A program made the position numbers and the translations under genes. Source: Mobula hypostoma (lineage: Eukaryota). Taken from it: a stretch of 64,000 nucleotides of DNA. Location: the NCBI RefSeq assembly GCF_963921235.1, contig NC_086097.1, forward strand, positions 81,966,001 to 82,030,000, given 5' to 3'. Within the stretch, counting starts at the first letter, position 1; the number at the start of each line of letters is the position of its first letter. This document shows, piece by piece, positions 50,131 to 61,200 of this stretch. Under the pieces are notes generated by a model that saw only the letters and a program-made list of their open reading frames with translations, made no database searches and was not told where the DNA came from.

Positions 50131-51651
50131 CATAATAAATGTCAACATAATGAATTTACTTCACCCTTCGTCTTTACTGTGACTGCTTGCAGGAAAATGA
50201 ATCTACCCTGAGATAAAGTATAAATATAAAAAAAGAAACACAATTGACTCAATCAAAAACAACACACAAGATGAACAAACAACCAATGTGCAAAAGAAAC
50301 AAACTGCGCAAATACAAAAAGAAAAAAAACAAACAAAATAATAAAATAAATAAATAAGCAACGAATATCAAGAACATAAGTTGAGGGGTACGCTTGCTCT
50401 TTAGCCTCTGCTCATAGTGTGGAAGAACTTTGTAGTCGTGTTTAAAATGAGGCTGTTTTATTCAAAGAATGGTTTATGAAGAAAATAATAAACCTTTTAG
50501 AAGTATAAAGCTACTGAAGATTCTTCACTTTCTCGAATTTTGGAAAAACAACTTAATAAGGATTGCTGGAAATTCTTGAGAAACATTCGGGGCCGACTTA
50601 CCAATGCATTCTGGCTAATCGTACACATTCAAACCTGAAGTTCTGCATTTGGATAACAGTGATATTACTCTTGTAAAAATCTTTATTCAAATATCATCTT
50701 AAAGGGTTTAATTTGCATGAGATTGTAAATTCATATCACTTACATTTGCTTGTTTTGTTTAAAGTTTTAAACTTTAGACATAAGTTTCAATCAGGACACC
50801 TCATCAGAACCATTTTTCTCTCTAAAGATGCTGACCCGTGAGTATTCCCAGCATTTTTCATTTTTATTTCAAACTTGCAGCATCCACAGTTTAATTTTTG
50901 TGTTTTAATTCATTTTTTATAGTCTGCAGGTTCTCATCAGGTTTCATAGTTATATGGAGATATAAAAAATGGGTTCAAATTAGGGCATCCGTCACTTAAA
51001 CCTGCCTGGTAAAACCCCCACAGGCCTAATCTCCTCTTCTCTACCAGTTCCCTACCGCCCTCAACTCCCCGACTTTCCAAAAACAAATCCACTTCGTCCT
51101 TAAGTACCACCTATGTTTTATCATTCACAATCTTCTGAATTAGAGAATTCCAGAGACACTTCGTGAAGAAAAAAATGTACCTTAGTTTCCAGTGGACCAT
51201 ATTTTTAAAAAAAAAACCCTATAATCTTGTAACTATATTCCCTCATTCAAGTTTTTACGACTAATGGAATCATTCTGACATCTAGTCTGTCCTGCTCCAT
51301 GGGACCTTTAGGATTCAATAATATGCTTCACTCTTCAAAGCCACAAAGAATATGGATTTAATTGCTTTCACTGCTCATAATAGGAGTCATCTCATCCCAG
51401 GAGTTAGGCCTGTGAATCTCCTCTGGACTGATTCCAATGACCTCACGCCTTTCCACATTAAACTGCATTTTGCAAGTTTTTGCCCTCTCAACCTCTCTGC
51501 AGTATATCATGTTTCTGAGTCCACGAGTCCTCATCACAACATCCCTTTAATTATCCTGATCTTCTGCTGTTGTTCTCTGGCATTGTCCTCCATCAATGCT
51601 GCCAGACCCAGTTTCTTCTTTTCTCGTTCCAAGTCCCAGCATCTGCAGCCT

Positions 51652-51771
51652 CTTGTGCTTCCAACTCATAAATTGGTTTATTACTGTCACACATACTGAG
51701 GTACAGTATGAGGTACTTGCGCTTCCAACTCATAAATTGGTTTATTACTGTCATACATACTGAGGTACTGT
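51652..51771 (+). repeat. Tandem duplication, period 64
   Basis: CTTG(T/C)GCTTCCAACTCATAAATTGGTTTATTACTGTCA..CATACTGAGGTAC at 51652 and 51716. Confidence 0.9.
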
Positions 51772-51849
51772 GAAAAACTAACATACCAGGCCCCCAACCC
51801 CACCTTGAACTCTCAGATCACTTACCTGTTATGCTAATTCCAGCATACA

Positions 51850-53930
51850 AACCACTGATTAAACAGACCAAACTAGCTCTAAAGAAGCCAAAAACCCGGT
51901 AGGAGGGAGCAATCTCAGCATTGCAGGATTGCTTTGTAAACACGAACTGGAGAATGCTCAGGGAGGCTGCTACCTATTCCTCCTGTTATCGTTGAGGAAT
52001 ATATGGATTCTGTGAGCGGCAAAAAAAGAGAAGTTTACTGAGGATGTTAGCACCACAAAACACATCCACATGAGGGCAAGTTGGAGGCCATGTCTTATTG
52101 CAGAGTTCCATGCACAGCCGAGGCTGCCTTTAGACTGGGGAATGTGACAGCTCTCAGGGAAGCAAGAACCGTGCTTTCCCACTCCATCAGGAAGGCAAAA
52201 TAGGAACATTTTCACCTGCTTCTGTGATACCAGAGCCATGAGGCGCACATGGCAGGGAACTCAGAGGATTACAGACTACAAGTCTAACCAGCTCGTCAGC
52301 AGCCAGGATGCCTCACACCCCGACAGGCTGAACTTCTTTTGCACAGTTTGATGCACAGAACAAAGTGCTGGTGAGGAAGAAACCTCTTCCCCCAGGGGAG
52401 CAGGCGTCCCGTCTGGCTAAAGCAGAGGTGTGGAAGACCCTGGCCAGGGTCAACCCACACAAAGCTGTGGGGCTCAATACTATACCTGGATGGGTCTGAA
52501 AGACTTAGCAAACCAGCTAACTGATGTGCTGATGGATATATCCAACATCTCTCTGCAACAGTTTTCAAGGCAGCAACCATCATTCCCGCAACAGTAACCT
52601 ACCTAAATCACTATTGTCTGGCAGATTTAACATCAACCATTATGGAGTGCTTTGAGCAGCTGGTCAAGGAGTGCATTAAAGCCTTTCTTCCGGCTATATT
52701 GGACCCCTTCCAGTTCGCTTATCACTTGAATCCATCCACTGATGATGTCATAACTTCTACCCTCCTCTCTGTCCTGTCCCTTCTGCAAAAATGCAGTCTC
52801 ATATACCAGTTCACTGTTTATGGACTTCAGTTTGGCATTTAACACCAACATAACCCAGAAACTGTCCTCAATGGGTCTCAATGCCTCCCTCTGTAACTTG
52901 AACCTTGATTTCTTAATAGCAATGCCACGGTCAGTCTATGTGGGCAGCAACGTCTCTAGTCCCATTACGCTGAGTACTGACACTCCCCAGGGCTGTGTGC
53001 TCAGCCCACTGCTGTTCACACTGCTGACACAAGACTGTGTCGCAGGATCCAGCTCAATGCATGTCATCAAGTTTGCAGGTGACACCACAGTGGTTGGCCT
53101 CATCAACGATGATGAGTCGGAGTACAGAGAGGAAGTGGAGCAGCTGGTGGACTGGTGTGAGAACAACAACCTAGGTTTGAACATGGAGAAGATCAAGGAA
53201 ATGATCGTGGACTTTAGGAAGGTGCAAATGAACCATCCCCCTGTGAGCATACATGGCTCTTCCATAGAGAGAGTTAAGTGCACCAAGTTCCTGGAAGTTC
53301 ACATCCTAGACAACCTCAAAAACACCTCCCTGAATAAGAAGGTACAGCAGTGCCTCCACTTCCTGGGAAGATTGAGGCCCACCCACCATCTTAACTGAAT
53401 TTTACTGGAGTCCCATTGAGTGTGTCCTGACAAGCTGCATCTCTATCTGGTATGGGAGCAGCAGAGCATCAGACCGTAAGTCCCTACTAAGGCCTGTGAG
53501 AATGGCCAAGAGGATCATAGAGGTCTCCCTACCTTCCATCAGGGGCATTTATCAGGAGCATTGCTTATGCAGGGTCCTCTGTATTATCAAGGATCCCACC
53601 CATCCATCCAGCACAATGCACAAAGACAAGAACGGTCAGGGTGAAAAACAGCTTCTTCCCTCGGACCATTAGGCTTCTGAACTCCCTGCTGCATTGCATT
53701 CAAAGTGTCACCAGATGATTTGTTCTGTACCCTACAATATTTAATTTATGCACTTTACTTTGTTTATCTATGTGTAATTCATATGTAGATTTAATTCTTA
53801 CTTTCCTAAGTTATTGTGTATTATGTGTGTGCTATGTGTACTACTGTGCCTTACACCCTGGTCTGGAGAAATGTTGTCTTATTTAGCGGTATACACATAT
53901 ATAGTTAAATGACAATAAACTTGACTTGAC
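51850..53930 (+). mobile_element. Rex1/Babar-like LINE, degenerate
   Basis: [27 protein letters not shown] and [18 protein letters not shown](CTTGA)n end. Confidence 0.85.
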
Positions 53931-54295
53931 TGTCTTGCATATAATTCCTAAAGCAATTCATTATAAAATGCAGAATTAAGTGTACAGTTACACAGAAAGT
54001 ATAATTCAGGCAAACAATAAGATGCAGAGGCACTACGAAGTAGATGATGAGTTCAAGACTCCATCTTACCGTACTAGAGAACTGTTCAATAGTTTTACAC
54101 CAGTGAGATGGAAGCTGTCCTTGAACCCAGTGGTAAGTCATTTTATGCTTTTGTGTCTTTTGTCTGATAGGTGGGAGACGAGCGGATACCTGGGGTAGGT
54201 GGCGACTTCAATTATGCTGGCTACTTTACTGAATATTGAACCTCAGTTGCTAGGCATTGTACAATGAAAACAAACAAGCATGCAAATAGTGGTGA

Positions 54296-55440
54296 TCAAA
54301 GGTCAAAATAAATTTATTAGCAAAGTGCATATACGTCAGCGCACACAACCCTGAGATTTGTTTTCTTGCAGGCATACACAGCAAGTCCAAGAAACGCAAC
54401 AGAATCAATGAAACACCAAACCCAACAGGATGGACAAACAACCAATGTGAAAAAGACCACAAACTGCCCAAATAGTAAAGAAAAAAAAAGAAATAATAAT
54501 AAACAAATAAGCACTAAATATCGAAATGTGAGATGAAGAGTCATTGTAAGTGACTCATTAGTTTTCGGAACAGTTCAATGCTGGGACGAGTGAAGTTTTC
54601 CTCTCTGGTTCAAAAGTCTGATGGTTGAAGGGTAATAACTGTTTCCTGAACCTGGTAGTATGGATCCTGAGGCTCCTGTACATTTGGTGTGATGGCAGCA
54701 GTAAGAAAAGAGCATGGCCTGGGTGGTGGGGACCTTGATGATGGATGCGACAGCGCTCCATGCAGATGTGCTGAATGGTGCGGTGGGCTTTACCTGTGAT
54801 GGACTGGGCCACATCCATTACTTCTTGTAGGATTTTCCATTCAAGGCCATTGATGTTTCCATACCAAGCAGTGATGCAACCAGTCAATATACTCTCCACC
54901 ACACATCTACAGAAATATGTCAAAGTTTTAGATGCCATGCTGAATCTTCACAAACTTCTAAGGAAGTAGAGGTGTTGTCATGCTTTCTTCATAATGGTAA
55001 TTATGTGCTGGGCCCAAGGCAGATCTTCTAAGATTGATAGCACTGAGGAATTTAACGTTGCTAACCATCTCCACTTCTGATCCCCCAGTGAGGACTGGCT
55101 GATGGACCTCCGGTTTCCTCCTGCTGAAGTCAATACTCAGTTCATTGGTCTTGCTGATATTGAGTGAGGTGTTGTTGTTGTGGTGCCACCTTTGCTGCGG
55201 CCAATGACAATGGTGTTGTCAGCAAACTTGAATATGGCACAGGAGCTGTGCTCATCCTCACAGTCATAAGTATAAAGTGAGTAGAGCAGGGGGCTAAGCA
55301 CGCAGCCTTATGCTGCACCTGTGCTGATGGAGATTGTGGAGGAGATGTTGTTGCCAATCTGAACCGACTAGAGTCTGCAAGTGAGGAAATCGAAGATCCA
55401 ATTGCACAAGGAGGTATATTCGGGCAAAGTCTTGAAGTTT
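54296..55440 (-). mobile_element. Rex1/Babar-like LINE 3' part
   Basis: CVVESILTGCITAWYG; FADNT motif near 55220; shared tail. Confidence 0.8.
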
Positions 55441-55552
55441 TATTTGAAATAAAATCAGAAAAGCTGCACACACCCACAGGTTTTCAGTAGTAAAAAGAAA
55501 CATGGTTAATGCTTCAAGTCAAAATTCCGTCATAAGAATTTGGAGAGAAATG

Positions 55553-57345
55553 ATACATAAGCATAAGAGTTTCTGCAGATGCTGGACATCGAGAGCAACA
55601 CACACAAAATGCTGGAGGAACTCAGCAGCATCTAGGGAAAAGAATGAACAGCTGACATTTCAGACCAAGACCATTCCTCAGAACTGGAAAGAAATGGGTA
55701 AGAAGCCAGAATAAGGTGGGGGGAGGGGAAGGAGTACAGGCTAGAAGGTGATAGGTGCAGCCAGGTGGGTGGGGGAGTGAATGAAGTCAGAAGCTGGGAG
55801 GTGATGGGTGGAAAAGGTCAAGGCCTGAAGAAGGAATCTGATGGGAGAGGAGAGTGGACCTTGGGAAAAGGGGGAAGTGGAGGAGGGGCACCGGGTGGAG
55901 GTGATAGGTGGTAAGATGAGGTAAAAGGGGAGCCAGAATGTGAATGGGTGAAGAGAGAAGGAGGAGAGTGAAGATTACCAGGAATTAGAGAAATCAATGG
56001 TCATGTCATCAGGCTGGATGCGACCCAGATGGAATATGAAGTGTTTTTCTTACAACCTGAGAACGGTTAAACATGTTGGAATGGGAATGGAGATTGGAAT
56101 TTAAATGGTTGGCCACTAGGAAATAATGCTTTTTACAGATAGGCATCTCCATCGGGTGTAGTAGATACAGCAGGTGACCCCAATAGATACACAGCAGAAG
56201 TGTTGCCTCAATTGGATGGACTGTTTGGGGCCCTGAACAGAGGTGAGTGAATAAGTGAATAGGCAGGTGTAGCACTTTCTACTCTTGCAGCAGTAAGTGC
56301 CAGAAGGGAGTTTAGTGGGAAGGGGCAAATCTACAAGGGAATCACAGAGAGAACAATCTCTGCAGGGAGCTGAGAATGGTGGGGAGGTAGTAGATTCTAT
56401 TGAAGATGGCAGAGGTTGTGGAGAATGATGTGTTGGATGCAGAAGCTTATGGGGTGGTAGATAAGGACAAAAGGAACTCTATGCCTGTTAAGGCAGCGGG
56501 ATGATGTCCGGGAAATGGAGACGTGGGTGATGGCAACATCAATGGTGACGCAGACAAAACCCTATTCTTTGAAGGAGAACATCTCTGATGTACTGGAAAG
56601 GAAAACATCATACTGAGAACAGATGCGCTGGAAACAAGGGAAATGAGAAAACAGAATAGCAATTGCACAAGAGACAGGGTGAGGATAGGTAAAGTCAATT
56701 TAGCTGTGGGGGTCAGTGGGTTTATAGAAGATATCAGTAAACAGTTTGCCTCCAGTGATGACAATAGAGAGATCGAACGAGGTAAAAAGTTATCAGAAGT
56801 GGACCAAGTGAATTTAAGGGCAGGGTTTAAGTTGGAGGTAAATTTGATGAAATTGACAAGCTCAGGACAGGCACATGAAGCAGCACCAATGCAGTCATCA
56901 ATGTAGCAGAGGGTTGTGGAACATTACCAGGGAAGGCTTGGAACATGGATTGTTCCACATAATCGCCAAAAGGCAGGAATTGCTGGGAACCATGGCTACA
57001 CCTTGAGTTTGGAGAAAGTGTGAGGAGCCAAAGAGAAACCATGGAGGGTGAGGACCAGTTCCACCAGATGGAGGAGGGTGGTGGTGGAGGGGAACTGGTT
57101 GGGTCTGTTGTCAATAAAAAAGTGGAGAGCTTTAAGGCTTTCTTGATGGGGGATAGAGGTGTATAGAAACTGTACATCCATAGTGAAAATGAGATGGTCA
57201 GGGCCAGAGAATTGAAAGTTGTTGAGGAGATCAAGGACATGTGATAAGCCCCAAAAGTAGATAGGAAAGGACTGAAACAAGGGGGATAAAATGAATCCGA
57301 GGTATGCAGACACGAGAACAGGCAGAAGCAATTGGTCTACCAGGA
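55553..57345 (-). mobile_element. Penelope-like element (RT, GIY-YIG, pLTR), degenerate
   Basis: LIFTMDVQFLYTSIPH RT motif, LVANHLNS, pLTR at 55553-55690. Confidence 0.85.
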
Positions 57346-57559
57346 AAACATCACACATTAATGTCTACTCTGAACTTTACCACTGAAGTTTCAATCCAAC
57401 AGAAAGACTAAAATGTTTACTGTAATAAATAAGAACCCGAAAGTCTCAACGAAAATTCTTCGTTTGTCGTAAATTCTAAAAGCTCGCTCCATAAACTACT
57501 CTCGACATCTACAACTACTTCCTCCTGCTCTCCCTCCCCAAGCAGCCATCTCCTTTAAC

Positions 57560-57967
57560 ATGGAGCTTTGAATCATGGGAAGTCCTATCGCGAAGAGGTC
57601 AACGGAAACTACATTTCCCTTAATGCTCTACGTTCAATACCTACGCAATTTCCGTCACGGAATCTCCAGCCTGACAAACCCTGCGCGGAAAAAAACAAAG
57701 ACGGCTTTTTGGGAAATGTAGTCCAATGAAGGCCGCTCAAGTCGCAGATCAGCGGGCGGTTAACTACAACTCCCGAAGGGTAGTGCGATCGGCGCGCGTG
57801 CGTAGTCGGTCACTGGCAGTGCTGGAGTCACGAGTGGTTTCCGCTGGTTTCTCCTGTGTGTTTATCTCTTCTTCCACGTTCATTAACATTGAGACAGTCT
57901 GCGCCTGTGGAGTTTTTAGTTTCAGTTTTAAGGTCGCCGTGTTTGTTATTTTTTGTCTGTAAAAAGC
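57560..57967 (+). promoter_or_regulatory. MAX: MAX CpG-rich promoter and 5' UTR
   Basis: CpG-rich relative to flanks. ACTACAnnTCCC at 57608 (+), 57710-57724 (-) and 57763 (+); CCAAT at 57723; GGGCGG at 57754. TSS not determinable. Confidence 0.85.
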
Positions 57968-58003
57968 ATGAGCGACAATGATGACATCGAGGTGGAGAGC
58001 GAT
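57968..58003 (+). CDS. MAX: MYC-associated factor X, coding exon 1
   Basis: Encodes MSDNDDIEVESD, matching the vertebrate MAX N-terminus; followed by a GTAAGT donor. Confidence 0.97.
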
Positions 58004-58214
58004 GTAAGTCTGGCCGGACTGGTCTCGGCCTTTTTATCGCTGTTGAATTGAACGTGTTGTTTTCTTGTTTTTATTCCCTCCTGATTATATACATTTCTTT
58101 TCCTTTCTCTGTAGTTACGGATTTCCCCCCACCCCCTTCTCACCGTTAATTTTTTTTTGTAAAGCGCCAGACTCTAGCCCTTTATGATCATTTTGTCACT
58201 TGTCTGTTTTTCAG

Positions 58215-58241
58215 GAAGAACAACCGAGGTTTCAGACAGCG
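58215..58241 (+). CDS. MAX: MAX exon 2 (27-nt microexon)
   Basis: TTTTTCAG acceptor; encodes EEQPRFQTA (human EEQPRFQSA); GTACGT donor; phase 0/0. Confidence 0.96.
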
Positions 58242-61200
58242 GTACGTAACGGAGGATTAACATAGACCCCGTGTCGACGCTTTGTTTTTTTTTCATATTC
58301 ATAAAAAAAATTAATCATCCCAAAACAATATGGATTATTGATTTTTTTTTGTATTTTTTCAAAAAAAAACACTTCCTACCCTTTTCTCTCTTAAATACGG
58401 GATTGATTTTTAATCCTGAGGTTGGCTCGGATGAGGCTCTCTGTAGGAGGCCTTTGAGTCCGAGACAGGAACTGGCGATGTGTTAAGAGGAAGGCCACTG
58501 CTATCTTTCACGGCACGGCTCCTGTTCCTGGGCGATTATCCAACCACAGGCCTCAAGAGAGAAATCGGGTTTATTGTTCACTTAAAACAAATAATAGCGA
58601 TTTTTCTAAATATTAAAGCGTACCTACTTTGGGCTCCTTAATCTTTAGGATGAAAGAACCCTTGCTGTCTTAATTCTAAAACGTCAGTTTTTTTGATGTG
58701 CTAGTTTTTCCCTAGTTGAAAAATATTCGTCTCCTGTGTTTGTGTGTATATATAATCAGAAAATATACATTTGGCCTACAAGCCTCGGCGCCCTTGTGCT
58801 GAAGCTGGGCAGATAGGTTACTGGAAATAACTTGTTTAAATTTTTTTCGTTTGTCATTTTATCTTATTGAACCCTACCCACCTTCTTCCTCATCCTGTCA
58901 GTATGAAAGGTTTACATATGGTAAACCTGAAAAAAAGTTTTAAAAGAACACCTGAAATTCGTCGTGACGCTTTTTCCCCTTCCTCTTTTGCAGTTGTGTA
59001 TATGTATTTCATACAGCGTGTTCGGATGACCAGCTGCTGCAAAGGATTCTTATTCGTGTTCTTCAAGAAACATTTAAAAAAGATCAATAACAAATGTAAA
59101 TAGTTAAGTTAGATGTACGAGGTTTTCTTTTGATTGTGGGTGTATAACACAAAATGGACTCCAGGAAGTTTTGTATAATTGTTGATCAGCTTGCAAAACA
59201 GTTTCCTTTTAAAGGGACTGGCATTAAGTTTCATAAGTTATCTACCTTGGTATGCACTGTCTAAAGAAGTCAGTAAAATTAGCCTGAGTGGTCACAGAAC
59301 AAAGTAGCTCATTTTGTGATTACACAACATAGTCTATATATTATGTTTGCATTATATCAGACATATTGCCTTTTCCAACTAAGCTGGTTGCCAAATGGTT
59401 TGCTGACTTCTGAGTATTGTGTGTATATGGTGCCCAATTTTAGGCAACTGGGAATGTCTTGATTTAGTAGATGAGGCATAATCTCTGTTGTCACAGCTGT
59501 AAGTTCAGTTTGAGTGTCAACAGCACTGAAACTTTTGTTAGAGTCTGCAGTCCTGATTTGCTGAAAAGAAAATGCATTGGGATGACTTTGCTTTTTAGAG
59601 CAAAAATGGGGAAATTTTTTGTGCATTGTCACCCACTAATGAGTTAAACTTTATTGGTAATTAACTAATGTTTAAATACCAAGAGAGAGGGTAATTTTGA
59701 CCTAAAGAGTAGAAATGGGAATTGAAAACTTAAATGTTCGCTTCTGACTGGGAAATAGAAAAACTATGGATTGCCTTTTAATTTGAATGATAGGCAAAAA
59801 TTGTGACCTTACTGTGAATGTACATCTTTCAGTTTATGGAGTGAAATAAATTAATGCAATCCAAATAAAACTGAAAGTGTTTTAAACACGGCTGTACCAG
59901 GAATGTTTATAACCTTAAATGGTTTGTAAATTAATTGCAGACTGTACTCCCTTTATTACATTTTATTTTCCTAATTCCAAACCATTTTGAACATATCAAT
60001 TATAGTGGGAATGTCTGTATGCTTATAGATGTTACGGCGATTAGATTTTTAAAGAAAATCTTGGTATCAGATTCACTCAGACAAATCTGTTTCCCAATTC
60101 AATGTGCTTCATTTGCAACAGAATTTCCTATGTTAATCAATTGAGGCAAGTTACACCCTTTAACAATGTTCAAATTTGGCTGTAGATAGAGGATTTGGAT
60201 TGATGTGGTTGTATGCTGAACTGTGTTGGTTTGTTAGATGAAAATTCCTGAGAACTACTTTAGGAGAGAATTTGCTGACTTTTTTTGGTTAGTGTAACTT
60301 TTAAATGTTTATGTATATCTTTTTGGAACACAAGGGGTAATCATGTGCCTGACCACCCCTCTTTCTCTCCCCAGCCTCTTTCCACATACCATTTAGGCAG
60401 GTTGTTCATTGACTTTGATTCTCTCAGAGCCAAAATCCAATGTTTTGTACATCCACAGTGCTCTGGAGTGGTGAATTCCAAATGGTCACGATTCTCTGAA
60501 TGATTAAATGTCTCAAACTTGTGTAGCTGAGTTTGAAAATGGAGTTTTATGCAGGAAATTTGAAACTAAAACAGATATTGCTAGTAATACTCAGTAGGTC
60601 AAGCAATATCTGTGAAAAGAGAAAAAGAGTCAGATAAAGGAACTATGACCTGAAACTGTTTGAGTGTTTCCAGCATTTCCTGTTTTGCGGCTGACCCCGT
60701 GTTCTGAGACCTGCCCTAGTTACACATATGCCAATCAGTGAGTGAGACTTTCAGCATTTACTCTCATCCCGTAAAGAATTTTGTGGTTCCTCAAAATGGT
60801 TGGATTCCTCCTCAGTCTTCCAATTATGAATTTTCATGTTCTTTATCTGCATTTTTTTGGAAGCTTTGCTTTCCTACTACGTAATAAGCATGTACAAGCT
60901 CAAAGTTTAATTAGTCACTGAGTTGTCTCTTCTGTGCCATTAAAATCTTGACGGGGGGAAGTTGTTAGTAAAGTGGGGAAAATAAAATAGGGTTACTGTA
61001 GAGAGGTACTTGATCATCAGTGTGACAGAACCTGTGTGATCATGCTGTATGATGGTGAAAACCATTGTTTCGTAGAAACAATTATTCACTACTTCAAAGT
61101 AAAGTTCTGCATGTTGTTAAATCTAGATACTAAAACTGTAGGGCTCAAGATTTGGCTTCACTTCATTGGAGTTAAAAACAAGCTGTCCAGAAATGAAAAG

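Noticed and set aside
57585..57596. TATCGCGAAG as a BANP-type TCTCGCGAGA motif
   Set aside because: Only the TCGCGA core matches.
57726..57962. 78-aa ORF upstream of the MAX ATG
   Set aside because: Starts within the promoter motifs, probably upstream of the TSS; no recognisable homology.
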